From positions 5,828,001 to 5,892,000 of the forward strand of contig NC_043011.1 of the NCBI RefSeq assembly GCF_006345805.1: a DNA stretch of 64,000 nucleotides. Reading direction: 5' to 3'. The number at the start of each line of letters is the position of its first letter. The stretch's first letter is position 1. Below are positions 10,040-23,689 of this stretch, piece after piece. The translations under genes were made by a program, and so were the position numbers. This DNA comes from Octopus sinensis (taxonomy: Eukaryota). The notes under the pieces are model-generated. The model made no database searches, was not told where the DNA came from, and saw nothing but the letters and a program-made list of their open reading frames with translations.

Positions 10040-11091
10040 TTACAAAGGGCCTCTTGCTCAGAGTAAAAGGTAGACTGTATGACACGTGTATGAACAGCCA
10101 TGCTAAATGCCAGTGTAACATGGGCCATGACTGCTGAGGACATGTGTAAGCTTGCAAGGAACAAAACCAGTATGCTCCGCTGGTTGTGTAATGTCAGTGT
10201 GCATACTCGACAGAGTGTAAGTACCTTGAGAGAAATGTTGGACCTAAGAAGCATCAGATGTAGTGTGCAAGAGAGACGACTGCGCTGGTATGGTCATGTG
10301 GCAAGAATGGATGAGGATAGGTGTGTTAAAAAGTGTCACACCCTAGCAGTTGAGGGAACCTGTGGAAGAGGTAGACCCAGGAAGACCTGGGAGGAGGTGG
10401 TGAAGCACAACCTTCGAACATTAGGCCTCACTGAGGCAATGACTAGGGACCAAGACCTTTGGAAATATGCTGTGCTTGAGAAGACCCTGCAAGCCAAGTA
10501 AGACCATAACCCGTGGACTATGCCAGGGGTGTAACCAGTCCACTTAGGTGTACCTTTCCTTCATTGGACACTAAACTCTGCTTGCAAAGACCTGTTGAGG
10601 CAAGTGAAATTGAAGCGGTGACAGCACCGCATGACTGGTATCCGTGCTAGTGGAGCATTAAGAGCATCATCTGAGCATGATCATTGCCAAGGCTGCTGAC
10701 TGGCCCCCATGCCAGTGGCATGTAAACAGCACCATTCGAGCCTGATTGTTACCAGCGTCGCCTTACTGGCACTTGTGCTGGTGACACGTGAAAAAACATT
10801 AGAGTGAGGTCGTTGCCAGTGCCGCTGGACTGGCTCCTGTGTAGATGACACGTAAAAAACACCATTTGAGCGTGGCCGTTGCCCGTACCACCTGACTGGC
10901 CTTCGTGCTGGTGGCACGTAAAAGCACCCACTACACTCTTGGAGTTGTTGGCATTAGGAAGGGCATCCAGCTGTAGAAACTCTGCCAGATCAGATTGGAG
11001 CTTGGTGCAGCCATCTGGCTCGCCAATCCTCAGTCAAATCGTCCAACCCATGCCAGCATGGAAAGTGGACGTTAAACGATGATGATGATGA
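10040..11091 (+). mobile_element. 5'-truncated RTE-clade LINE (ORF2 C-terminus, tandem-repeat 3' UTR, (GAT)n tail)
   Basis: ORF 10100-10501 ...QERRLRWYGHVARMDEDRCVKK...GRGRPRKTWEEVVKHNLRTLGLTEAM...; tail ggcattaggaagggcatccagc...gttaaacgatgatgatg. Confidence 0.9.
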
Positions 11092-11279
11092 CACACACAT
11101 GTGTATACACATATATAAACATATATATATAATATATATATATACATGCACACATACACATATATATATAAACCCAAATATATATACATACACACACACA
11201 CACACACATATATATACTAAGCTTAGTATATATACACATATATATACTAAGCAAAGAAAAAAGAACTGTGGCCATCCAT

Positions 11280-11630
11280 GCATATAGGCAGGTCCTTCAT
11301 GACCTCAGCCAGTGCCACATAAAAAGCATTCTTGTCAGCACCACATTCTGGAACTTGTGCCGGTGCCATGTTAAAAGTACTCATGTTGGCACCTCATATT
11401 AAGGCACTTGTGCTGGTGCCACATAAGAGCACCTGTGCCACTTTTACAAAACACCCTGGACACACACACACACACACACTCTGTAAAGAGTGACCAGTAT
11501 TAGGAATGCATCGAACCGTAGAAACCATGCTGAAGCAGACAAATGGAGCGTGGGCAGCTCTTCAGTTGACCAGCTCCAGCCAAACTGTCCAACCCATGCC
11601 AGGTTCGAAAATGGACATTAAATGACGATG
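11280..11630 (+). mobile_element. Older RTE 3' UTR and tail
   Basis: gtgccacataaaaagca repeats; ...ccaacccatgcc...gacattaaatgacgatg. Confidence 0.6.
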
Positions 11631-11954
11631 TCGAGGAATTCCCTTTGACACAATTTATGCAAATCCTTAATCCAGTCTACAACTGCAGCTGCAGTAATAA
11701 ACAGCTGTAGATTTATTGCAGTCTGTTGTGGATTAACTTTAAGTAAATAATCCTTTAATGCACGGGGAAGGCCTTGGGGCAGCCCAGGGCTTGAGTAGAA
11801 GACACTTGCCCAATGTGCTGCACAGTAGGACTGAATCTGAAATCATATGGCTGGGAAGCAAACTTCTTAATCATACAGTCATGTCAGCACCTGTGTGTGT
11901 GTGTGTGTGTGGTGTGTGCGCGTGTGTGCATGCATAAGTATATGTATGTATACA

Positions 11955-12801
11955 CAGGGTGCGATGGGTAAATTGTTGCCATTTTATATTTTTCATTTCA
12001 CACATGCGCATGGTTTATTTTTGATTTTGTTGACTACACAGTATAGTAGGGTCAGTTGGGCACCATCTGTGAGAAAAACAGCACCATGACACAATTCACT
12101 CTGCCAGAAATTTGGAAACAACATATTGTACTGCGTGACATTCATGCTGGAAGCTTCAATATTCAGTGTTTGGGTGTCAATCTGAGTTTTTGCCGCGTCC
12201 CTAAAACATGTACCGAGAGTGATAAAGATCAAACATCCAGTCAACATCATGGTATTTGGTGTGACCACTAGTGATGTCAATGCTATGCCTCTGTTCATCT
12301 TCCCACATGGCCTCACATTCAACACGGAGGCCTACATCAAGTGCCTGGAGGATGTAGAGCTGCCCTGGGTCAAGAGGGTGGCTACTGGAAGACCCTATGT
12401 TTGGCAACAGTATTCTGCACCACACCACACAAGCAGGAGATGTCAGACAATTTATGCAACCACATCACCCCTAACATCAGGCCACCTAACTCCCGAGACT
12501 GCAAACCCCTTGGTTATTATGCGTGGAGCACAGTTGAGCGAGAGACCAACAAAACTCCTTGTAACACCAATGATGAAGGCAAGGATCATAGCAGCATTGA
12601 CCAACTTAAACAAGGAGACAATCCAGAAGAGTTCCAGGAGATTCCAAAGTCATCTGGAGGCCATGGTTGAAGCCAATGGCGATTTTATTGAATAAATTTA
12701 CTCTTTGTTATTTCAAGATATTTTATGTAATTTTGGTAAATATATCTACTAAAATGAGATCCGAGTGTTATTTTCGACGACAGTTTATTCACTGCACCCT
12801 G
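11955..12801 (+). mobile_element. Internally deleted Tc1/mariner DNA transposon (DD37D/maT-like), frameshifted transposase remnant
   Basis: Imperfect TIRs cagggtgcgatgggtaaattgttg / cgacagtttattcactgcaccctg, TA on the right flank; translation ...IMVFG...PYVWQQYSAPHHTS...RPPNSRDCKPLGYYAW...FQSHLEAMVEANGDFIE*. Confidence 0.85.
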
Positions 12802-12862
12802 TATGTATGTGTGTATATACACACACACACACACACATATATATATACACAAACACATATAT

Positions 12863-12894
<32 letters not shown>

Positions 12895-12938
12895 GCATGT
12901 ATTTATATGTACACATGCATACATGTATTTGTACTAGC

Positions 12939-12995
<57 letters not shown>

Positions 12996-14115
12996 TATCA
13001 GTGTATGAGATAATAGTTCTGGGCTGCAGCAAATCTTATTCTGTGTCAGTTATTCAGATAATTGGCACTACCATTACCATTACCATTACCATTGTTATTG
13101 CACTGAAAATAATCCAACTGACAGATTTTTGCGTTGTTTTTGTTTTTATTTTAGAATATTTTGAAATGACAAAGTGTGTGTACAAATGTATAAATATAAA
13201 TGTGTGTGTGTGTTTTGTAACTTGCGTGTATGTTTTTCTGTGTGTGTGTGTATGTTCTTATAACTTGTGTGTATGTATATTTGTAAGTTTGTGCGTGTAT
13301 CTATATATGTGTGTTTATAAATAGATGTAACTGTATGTTCAATTCTATGCATGTATAGAGGTGTGTGTGTGTTTGTGTGTGCATGTATATATGTCTCATC
13401 AGCCACACCAGCATCCCCAACACTACCACCACCCCCACCACCACCCAAAACCTTTAACATGGAATTCTAGTTTCCAAAAATCCTCACTTCTTCCCCTGAA
13501 TTCGCAACAGCACCCTTATATTCTTACTTTCCCAAAACCCCTTAAACTCTGTATCAGATCTTACTGTGTGGCCCCCTATTCAATGGGTCTTTTCCCTTCT
13601 CTTGTCACTTCATAGGCCTTTGTACCCCCCCCCCAGGGACCCTCACACTCTAACCTACCACTGCCACCCCTTTCACTATGCTAAATATAATATTTAGCAT
13701 AGAGAAAGGGACAAACCTTATGCCCACCCCTATCCTCTGCAAGCTTCCCCTGATGTCTACATTGTACTCCGGAACAATTCAATCTAAACATTAACTGCTT
13801 AGCCTCTCCAAGTTCGACCTTCTCTCCCTCAGTCTAAGACAGCCCCACAACTATTGTTCTGCCATTTTGAAGACAAACAGAGGTAGTTTCCATTTGTTAA
13901 ACTCTATAAAGGCCCATTATGTGTATACACACACACACATGCATATATATATATATATATATTATATACACTCACATGTGTGTGTTTATATGTACGTGTG
14001 TGTATATTTATGTGTATGTGTGTATGTATATATTTGCATACATGTTTATGAATATATGCGTATGTACACACACACACACATATATATATAGCTATGTGTA
14101 TGTGTGTATATATAT

Positions 14116-14166
<51 letters not shown>

Positions 14167-14819
14167 TATAAAGTCTGTATGTATATGTCTTTTTCCAATA
14201 TTTATCAGTGAAAGACCTAAAACATCAATAAGAAACCTAAAAGAAACCTGCATTTCATGTATGAAGTCCCTTAACATATTTGTTTTGCATCTGGTTACAA
14301 CCACTCCCTTGTCATTTGTGTTCCCAGACATGCAGTGAACCAATAATTGATTCATCCAAAGATCAACCATTGCCAACACCTGTTCATCCCAACAAAAGAT
14401 TTTCGAACGAGAACCTCCATGTTTATTTGTTTGTTTCTATGTTTTTGATATTTACAAGGATGCCTTTGTAGTCATCCAGCTTGCTAGAAAGAAATACCTG
14501 GCAAACGTCCCTCAAATCACAGTAAATCATGTTAAAAGGTGAAGAACGTATTGGACAATGCAGTCTTTGGACGTGATGGTCATGCCTGGAACACCTCTGC
14601 TCACACAGTGCAACCTTGATTGTTGTTGACCAACCCCACAAAAATTTTATATTTAAAGAATTTATTCCCATCTTCTCCCATCGGTTCCAAAGAGTTAATC
14701 CCTTCATTTTCCTAAGCAAATTCTTTTCTTTAACTAAAATTCCCCAGAAGCCTGACAGCAAATCTCAGCAGAATTGACCCGAAGCCTTTCTTTGTGTGTT
14801 GTGAGTGAGTGAGGCCCTA

Positions 14820-14830
14820 CCTATGTACTG

Positions 14831-14863
<33 letters not shown>

Positions 14864-15495
14864 CATATACATGTATATATATACACATATATACATATAC
14901 ATGTATATATATACACATATATACATATATATACATATATATATTCACATATATACATATATATACATATATATATTCATATATATATATATATACATAT
15001 ATACATACATATATACATACATATATACATATATATATATATACATATATATATACATACATATATACATACATATATATACATATATATACACATACAT
15101 ATATATATAATATATATATACATATATATACATACATATATACATACATAATATATATACATATTACATACATATATACATACATATATACATACATATA
15201 TACATACATAATATATACATATATATACACATACATATATATATATACTATATATATACATATATACATACATATATACTACATATATACATACATATAT
15301 ACATACATATATACATACATATATACATACATATATACATATATATATATACATATATATACACACATATATATACACATACATATATATATACATATAT
15401 ATATATATACATATATACATATATACATACATACATACACATATATACATATATACACACACACATATACATATATATATATATACATATATATA
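14820..15495. repeat. ~670-bp (TA/TACA)n cryptic microsatellite
   Basis: Essentially only TATA, TACA and CATA units. Confidence 0.95.
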
Positions 15496-15863
15496 GGGGT
15501 AGGCATGCTGTATCTCGTTTCCATCAACCTAGACCCACCAATAAATAGAACAATCCTACTGTTTGTGGAAATTTCATGCATGCAGCCATGAAATAAAGGA
15601 TGGAAGAAGAAGAATAAATGGGGGGGGGGCAGAATGGCAACAGCAGCGGCGGTGCAGGAGGGGGGAGGGGGTGCTCAGTAGAGAGGACTGGGACAATCTC
15701 TTTCAGTGGTGGCAGTGGGAGCCCCCACCCCACAGTTCCCAATTGTAGCTGAGTCTGCACTTAACACACACACACAGCTCTTGTTTATGGCCCACTTAGG
15801 TTCAATCTATGAATGTCAAAATCATTAGAATAAAAAACTTCTGTGGTCAGACATCAATTGGAA

Positions 15864-15917
<54 letters not shown>

Positions 15918-16149
15918 TTGCTTTCACTTCTTTTTCTCTCTCTCTCTCGTTCTCCCCCTCCCCCCCCTCTCTCTCTCTCTCTCTCTCGTCATTGAATTTT
16001 AAATCTCTTGTCAACTGTGACATAATAGACTTGACATATAGGGTGTGTGTGTGTGTGTGTGCATGCACACAAACATTTATTATATACATGTGTTCGTGTG
16101 TGTGTCTGTGTATATATGCATGTGTATATAGGCATGTGTGCGTATATAT

Positions 16150-16385
16150 GAGTATATACATACAAACGCAATCACACATTCATGCACATACATGTGTGTG
16201 TATGTGTGTGTGTTTGTGTGTGTGCATGCTTGTGTGTGTGGGGATGTACATATGTATGTATGTGTATATACATACAAACGCAATCGCACATTCATGCACA
16301 TACATGTGTGTGTATGTGTGTGTGTTTGTGTGTATGCATGCTTGTGTGTGGAGGGATGTACATGTGTATGTATGTATATATACAT
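16150..16385. repeat. Tandem duplication (2 copies of about 116 bp) within a (TG)n-rich tract
   Basis: tacatacaaacgcaatc.cacattcatgcacatacatg occurs at about 16157 and about 16269. Confidence 0.8.
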
Positions 16386-16489
16386 ACTCTTACATTCACA
16401 TATGCTGAAGCACTAAACACCAATAAAATATGTGCAAGGGGTGGAGCCTGAGTAATTCCTGATTTTGGGTAGAAAGAAAAATGCAGGAG

Positions 16490-16750
16490 GGCCCCTGTGC
16501 AGGTGGCACGCAAAAAGCACCATTTGAGTGTGGCCAATGCCAGAGGCGCCTGACTGGCCTTCGTGTAAAAAGCACCCACTACACTCTCAGAGTGGTTGGC
16601 ATTAGGAAGGGCATCCAGCTGTAGAAACTTTAGCAGATCAGATTGGAGCCTAGTGCAGCCTTCTGGCTTGCCGGCTCTCAGTCAAACCGTCCAACCCATG
16701 CCAGCATAGAAAGCAGACATTAAAAGAAGAAGATGATGATGATGATGATT
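16490..16750 (+). mobile_element. RTE 3' UTR and tail fragment
   Basis: ggcacgcaaaaagcacc...ggcattaggaagggcatccagctgtagaaac...ccaacccatgccagc...(GAT)n. Confidence 0.8.
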
Positions 16751-17299
16751 CCCCTCTCAGATTCACATATTTATTGCATTGGTCCTTCAGTTTTTCTCAG
16801 CCCTTTTAACAGAACTCAGAAGGCTGGGCTTCCAATCAGGGCCTTTCATGATACCCTCAAAGCCAGGAACCTTTCAGCCCTTTCTCAAGTAAAATGTGAA
16901 GTCAACTTCTAAGCCTGTGTTTTTTATAGTAAACACACATTTCACGTTACTGTGAAATGTAGACATTGTTGTTAGATCCTAATAAAGCAACCAAGTGGAA
17001 ATTCCTGAAATGGAGCACATTGTCTCCTGATGATGCCATAAACCTGATAGCGTCAGGTGTGGGCAGATTTCAACAAGTAACACCTGCAATTGGTTTGCAA
17101 ATAAACGTTCTCGAGTTGCATTTATTTTGATTATTCAGGAATTATTGAGAAATATGAGAAGTGTTTGTTGGGATTAACAGGTGCAATCATTAAGAGTGTC
17201 AGAGAAAATGCCTTGTGGTATTTGTACTGGCATTTTACGATCTGGGTTAAAATCCCACTTGGCCTTTTGTCTTTCCAGAGTCAATAAAATAAAGTTTTA

Positions 17300-17707
17300 T
17301 TAAAGTCTTACAATGGGAACAATCTTACAAACAATAACTCTGAGCACCTTTTCAAACTCCACCCGTCTAACACCGGTGGACATGTTTACAAAGTCAGAAA
17401 ACAGCACAGCTCCCATGACTTTAGGAAACATTTTTTCACGCTGAGAGTTGCTGAAGCATGGAACAAACTGCCGGCATCAGATGTTAGTTGTCGGAGCACT
17501 GCATCCTTCAAAACTTCCATGCTTCCTGAAATTCGCCAACACTACACCTGATTTTCTCTCCTCCATACACACACAAGCATGTACCTGACTCATACATTGT
17601 TCGCTTTCCACACATTTGTACATTACTGCATATACTTTATACGCACTTTTGACAAGTTGTGGTGCACCTGAGCACTGTATACAATAATTTCATTATTATT
17701 ATTATTA
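17300..17707 (+). mobile_element. CR1-type LINE 3' fragment with (ATT)n tail
   Basis: NNSEHLFKLHPSNTGGHVYKVRKQHSSHDFRKHFFTLRVAEAWNKLPASDV...YT* (stop 17549-17551), then UTR and (ATT)n. Confidence 0.8.
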
Positions 17708-18219
17708 TATTGCTCAAAGCCCTCCTTCAAAATTGTTGGCCTGGAGGAGGAGGAGGAGGAGAAGGAGGAGGAGGAGGAGGGAAGGGGTGGAGGTTATTCC
17801 AGTCTTGTACCTATGCCTCTCAAGCATCCCAGAACCACTTGTCTTTTCATTTTGTTCTATCCCTGATGCATCCCCCACTCCTTTCTCCACACGCATCACT
17901 ATGCCCATTCCTTCTTCCCCACAAAAACCTTCACTCTGAAGTTTCATGCTCTGCTTGTGTCTTTCCTACTGCAGTTGAAATGAAATGAAGTGTTAGTGGC
18001 ATCAAACTCATTGATCTGAGAAGGGCCTGTAAGGGACATGGGGTTCTGCCCCTTCCTCGAAACTCAGCAAGAAAAGAAAAGGAGAAGGGGGGAAAGAAAG
18101 AAAAAGAAAGAAAAGAGACAGAAAAGACCAAAAGAGGTGGGGCAGGGGGCAGATAAAGAAGATAGTAAAAAACAGAAAGAAAAACAAGAAGCAGAGAACA
18201 AAAAATACTAGGCTACTAA

Positions 18220-18495
18220 TCTATATATATATAAAGATGAGAATGTGTGTCTGTCTGTGTGAATCCCTAAAACTTGAGAACTACACAACCAATTTCATTC
18301 ATATTTTACACATGCCTTACTTAGATGTAGTGTCATAGGCCAAAGGAATTTTTCACTTCTTGCTTAGTGTGAGCCCACAGCAATATCATATCTTCTCCAC
18401 TATTTCAGTATTACATGTCAAAAGTGAAACTAACATCTCTCTATTGTAATGTCAGATACTTTCACTTTAATACTGAAACTATTAAAGTGAAATAT
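18220..18495 (+). mobile_element. Helitron-like non-autonomous element, 5' portion
   Basis: a|TCTATATATATATAAAGATGAGAATGTGTGTCTGTC start; no 3' CTAG found. Confidence 0.5.
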
Positions 18496-18536
18496 TTATC
18501 TCACATATATACAGGCATACATATATACAAATATAT

Positions 18537-18576
<40 letters not shown>

Positions 18577-18593
18577 ACATTTGCACAAATATT

Positions 18594-18625
<32 letters not shown>

Positions 18626-19431
18626 ATTATAGATAAATAGATAGATAGATGACATGTATATATATACATACATGTATATGTATAGATATACATGTCTATA
18701 TGTAGATGTATGTATATATATATATATATATAACATAAGGGACTAAAGCCATCTGAATATGGCTAGGGACAGGGCAGGGTGGTGGGGGTGTTACTGTTGC
18801 ATTTAGCCCCAGGCGAACATCAACGTCGCCAGATAGGCTTGACACCATCACGGCGTCCTCTATCCTGCAAAGGGAGATAATTCCCCGATGAAGCGGAAAC
18901 CACACACGGACCTAGGTTTCAAGGTGTTTGCCTATTATCAACGTATGGTAGGCACCCGCTTCCTCGACGAACCACTCACTCTGCAGGATATTTATATAGA
19001 TTTTCAAGCAAAATACATTTGCTGATTTCGAAAATCTGTTCGACAGCAATAATAATTCTCTAAAAGAGATATAGACAGTAACTGCTCCATAACATAAGGG
19101 ACTAAAGCCATCTGAAGCCCTGTCATAGACAGAAACTGAAAGAAATCAATCGTATATATATATATGTATATATGTAAGTGTATGTGTGTGTCTTTGTCTC
19201 TTGTGTTTCTCCCTCATCACTGCCTCACAACTGGTGTTCATTTATGTACATCCCCACAACTTACTGGTTTGACAAGAAGAAACTGATAGAATAAGTACCA
19301 GGTTTATCAACATGAAAAAAGCACTAGGCAGTGTCTCATTTTTGTTTGCCCATTCAGTTGTATCTATCAATTTATCTTTTTTTTTTTTTGTGTGTGTGTG
19401 TGTATGTGTATATATATATATATATATATAT

Positions 19432-19832
19432 AGGCGCAGGAGTGGCTGTGTGGTAAGTAGCTTGCTAACCAACCACATGGTTCCGAGTTCAGTCCCACTG
19501 CGTGGCATCTTGGGCAAGTGTCTTCTGCTATAGCCCCAGGCCAACCAATGCCTTGTGAGTGAATTTGGTAGACGGAAACTGAAAGAAGCCTGTCATATAT
19601 ATGTATATATCTATATGTGTGTGTTTGTGTGTCTGTGTTTGTCCCCCTAGCATTGCCTGACAACCAATGCTGGTGTGTTTACGTCCCTGTCACTTAGCGG
19701 TTCGGCAAAAGAGACCGATAGAATAAGTACTGGGCTTACAAAGAATAAGTCCCAGGATCGATTTGCTCGACTAAAGGCGGTGCTCCAGCACGGCCGCAGT
19801 CAAATGACTGAAACAAGTAAAAGAGTAAAAGA
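19432..19832 (+). mobile_element. SINE A, full length, young (tRNA head, CORE-like start, internal (TA)n(TG)n)
   Basis: aggcgcaggagtggctgtgtggtaag...gagttcagtccc...cttgggcaagtgtc...gtaaaagagtaaaaga; inserted in (TA)n. Confidence 0.9.
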
Positions 19833-19856
19833 TTATATATATATATATATATATTT

Positions 19857-20006
19857 CTTTACTACCCACAAGGGGCTAAACACAGAGGGGACAAACAAGG
19901 ACAGACAAAGCGATTAAGTCGATTCCATCGGCCCCAGTGCGTAACTGGTACTTAATTTATCGACCCCGAAAGGATGAAAGGCAAAGTCGACCTCAGCGGA
20001 ATTTGA
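19857..20006 (-). mobile_element. SINE B young subfamily, 3' part
   Basis: tttctttactacccacaaggggctaaac...atttatcgaccccgaaaggatgaaaggc. Confidence 0.85.
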
Positions 20007-20061
<55 letters not shown>

Positions 20062-20098
20062 CACACATATATACATGTATGTATATGTGCATATCATA

Positions 20099-20722
20099 TC
20101 TATTATATAAAAGTCAATGTCTTTATGTGCATCCGTGTGTTACTTATACATTTGAAAACTGCTGCACCGATCCTAATGAAATTTGGAACACAAAATCCAA
20201 GCCATGGGAGAAGGGTAATGCTGTATGTTTCATACAATTTCATGGACCAAAATTACTGAATGGATCCTTATGATATTTGGAACTTAGATTCAATGCATAA
20301 GGGCAGGTATAATGAAATATGTTTGGTTTGAATTTGAGATGGCTTAAAGGCGACAGAACTCCCATGAAAATTCATAAATTTTCGATGTTGATGAAATTTC
20401 AACCATGAGTAATTGATACACATCAATAGTGGCCTTAACTCCCACATTTTAGAGCTCCATGACCTCCATTTTTCAGGAGCAAAATCCATTTAACAGGTTC
20501 CATAAGACTGGAATTTTGGAATCTGTGCATAAAGATCAGTAGTATGGGATACATGTGTCATGATTAGAATTTTTTTAGGGTGTGTAAAGAGGGAAAGAAC
20601 CCTCATCTGCAATTTTGATGAAATTCAAATCAGAGGTATTCCAGTTCATTAGAGAAAATATAACAGAAAAGTCTAATTCTTCAATTGCATGTAACACAGG
20701 CAGCGCCAGGTATTTCTGCTAG
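20099..20722 (+). mobile_element. Non-autonomous Helitron
   Basis: A|TCTATTATATAAAAG 5' end; ggcagcgcc mini-hairpin then ...gCTAG|T 3' end. Confidence 0.7.
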
Positions 20723-21350
20723 TTATTTATATTTCCAGTATGAAGTAAGTCACATGACTGGGACCATATTATCTAACAGTAGGGGGTCACATGTTCCCTT
20801 AGAGCAGTGGGAGATCAAAGATTCCCGAACAAACATATTTGGTTAAGTACATGGAACTGCTACCTACTTTTTCTGGAAACTGGAGACTCCCACCCCAGAT
20901 AATGTATCCCAAGCCATCAGTAGCAGTAGTAGGAGGAGGAGGAGGATATGCCCAGATCTCTCATTTTCTTTTATCATATTGGCCCCTAGAAATCGTAATA
21001 AGCAGGCAAGCAGCCAGTTTCTCCTTGAATTCCTACCTACATTCCCACCTGATTTTTCCTTAAGTAACTTCAGCCTCCCATCTGCACTGAAACAAATTCT
21101 TTCTCAACCGATTTAGTAATTTCTTCCTTATATCTGCACTCAGCTAAATTCCTTCCCCGCCAAATTAATCTAAATCCCTCCAGCTACAATATTTCCAAAA
21201 CATTTTACATTACCAATTCTCTTATTCCATATTCTCCACCTTTATTTTCGTCTCACAGACTTCCAGACTTTCCAGTGTACCCCCCCCCCACATACACACC
21301 CCTCCATTCCACCTACAAAAACCTTCCTTGCCAATGACAGGTGAAAATGT

Positions 21351-21660
21351 GTGGCTTAGTGGTCAGGGTATTCAGCTCGTGATCGTTAGGTCCTAAGTTC
21401 AGTTCCCGGCAATTCACTGTGTCCTTGAGCAAGACACTTTATTTCACATATGCTCCAGTCCACTCAACTGGGAAAAACGAGTTGTACCAGTAATTCAAAG
21501 GGGGGGGGCAGCCTTGTCACATCCTGTTTCACACTGAATCTTCCTCAGAACTACATTAAGGGTTACACATGTCTGTGGAGTTCTCAGCCACTTCCACGTT
21601 AATCACACAAGCAGGCTATTCCGTTGATCAAACCAGACGGAAGCTTCATCACTGCACCAA
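21351..21660 (+). mobile_element. tRNA-derived SINE family D
   Basis: A-box gtggcttagtgg, B-box aagttcagttcc, ccttgagcaagacactt; homologous to 30165-30470. Confidence 0.75.
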
Positions 21661-21769
21661 TGCCGGAGCCTGCACGGTAAGGAGTCTAAAACGGTGCACC
21701 AAAGCACAGCGGCACATGTCACATGGTGCCTCCAGGTTTCTATCCTTTTCCTTGTTTTAGTCATTGGGT

Positions 21770-22140
21770 TGTGGCCATGCTGCAGCATCACCTCAAAGGG
21801 TTTAGCAAACAAAATCAACTCCAGTGCTTATTTTTTAAGCCTGGTATTTATTCTATTATCGGTCTCTTTTGCTGAACTGCTAAGTTACAGGGACAGAAAC
21901 AGAAACAAACCAACACTGTCAAGCGATGATAGAGGATAAACACAAAGACACATGCACTTACACACAACACACACCGTACAACAGGCTTTTTCCAGTTTCC
22001 ATCCACCAAATACACTCCCCCAAGGCTTTGTGGGTGGGGTCAGTCCAGCGCTATAACAACAGACACTTGCCCAAAGTGCCATGCAGTGGGCCTGAACCCA
22101 AGATCACATGGCTGGGAAGCAAGTTTGGTTACACACAAGT
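21770..22140 (-). mobile_element. SINE A, older copy
   Basis: ...ttattctattatcggtctc...gacacttgcccaaagtgccatgcagtgggcctgaaccc. Confidence 0.7.
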
Positions 22141-22679
22141 TTGTTCAAAATTACGTCTGTTTATCCATGTTAGCATGGGTTAGATGAATATACTGTTGAA
22201 ATATTGTTTCACAGCTGAAAGTCCTTCTTGTCACCACCAAACACACATTGTGACCAGAGCCAGACTGACCATCAAATAAAATGAGCACAGAGTCAGTGTG
22301 GCCACCAAACACAGTGTCTGAATTTTAATATATAAAAAAAAAAAATCTAGCAAAGAGAATGACCAGACAAACAGCAATCAAATACCTGATCCTTCCTCAT
22401 TTTACCTACACAAACACACACACCTACATAGACACATACCTGCATATGAACCAATGAAGGAACTTCTACATGATCACTAGCTCTGCTAGAAATAGCAACC
22501 AAATAACACCCTACTGTCTTAGATCACAGTGGGTGATGTAGAGCTGGATTCTCAACGTATCAGAAAAAGATGGGATAGTCATAGATGGAATTCTTTTTCT
22601 GTTAGATCTGTACTGACCTAACTCTCTCTCACACACACACAAACCAACACTGAAAAACAGAACTGTACGTATATACATA

Positions 22680-23255
22680 TACGCATGCAGATATACATAC
22701 ATGCACAACTACACAAACACACAATGCACACCTACCCACATACACCCAGACATATACACACAAACACAATCCCCCCCACATAGAGAAACACACAACTCCC
22801 ACATACTTAAATACACAACTACACACATATCTATACATACATACATACACAGACACCTATAAATACACACATATAAAAACCCCACACAAACATACATATA
22901 CAAACACAAATACACAACCACCCACACAGATCTACACACTCACACACACACAGCCCACCACATACAGACTCCCACATAGTCATATATGCACACACACACA
23001 CACACACAACCAGTCACACATACACACACACACACACACAACCAGTCACACATACACACACACACAACAAGCCACATACACAGACACCCATACAAACAGT
23101 CATATATGCACACGCACACACAACCAGTCACACACACACAACCAGTCACACACATACAACCAGTCACATACACACACACACACACACACAGTCATATGCA
23201 CACGCGCACACACACAAACGACCAGTCACACACACATACACCCACACACTAGGAA
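22680..23255. repeat. CA-rich cryptic satellite with recurring ACCAGTCAC(AC)n unit
   Basis: aaccagtcacacat repeated several times in 23008-23235. Confidence 0.85.
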
Positions 23256-23689
23256 GCACTTTACAACCCACAACCCTATCATATAACACTGCCATAACCC
23301 AACTACATGAAATCTTGTATCAAATAAAAAAAATATACAAATAAATAAACGAAGCAAGAAAAATGTTTGGGAGTTTGGGTAATTTGTGTCCTTTTCCTCA
23401 CTTCCTCTGGAAGAATGTGAAAGTCTGCAGGTCCTCTGTGGACCATGGCTGTTCTTTCGGAACAGGGAAAAAGACTCAAATACTTTCCTTCTCATAAAAT
23501 GTTTATTTGGTCAGGATTTTTTTTAGTCGAGGTAAATATGTTGTTTATAATTCCCCCCCCCCAGTGTCCTGGTCCCTATAGGAACAGATTGGAGGGGACG
23601 AGGGAAGTGGGGTTGAGTCAAAAGGAAGGGTCACTTAGCCATAACCTTCACCATCTGTGTGATTCGAAAAAAATCAATGATAATGGTTT

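Noticed and set aside
13460-13900. Unique-looking blocks here and at 20830-21330 (including the small palindrome tatgctaaat...atttagcata near 13677)
   Set aside because: Possibly old LINE remnants, but no motif could be read; left unassigned.
14209-14420. Possible exons 14209-14258 (ERPKTSIRNLKETCIS) and 14328 onward (TCSEPIIDSSKDQPLPTP...)
   Set aside because: The phases are incompatible (joining gives TAC ATG CAG TGA) and the donors are weak; unsupported without RNA data.
2711-16451. Dozens of long ORFs rich in Y/I/H/T/C/V (also at 22500-23250, 31000-31400, 40033-40598 and 59360-60104)
   Set aside because: They are translations of (TA)n, (CA)n and (GATA)n microsatellites, not genes.
18884-18910. 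ccgatgaagcggaaac, hammerhead-like
   Set aside because: The core is mutated and no stem II can form.
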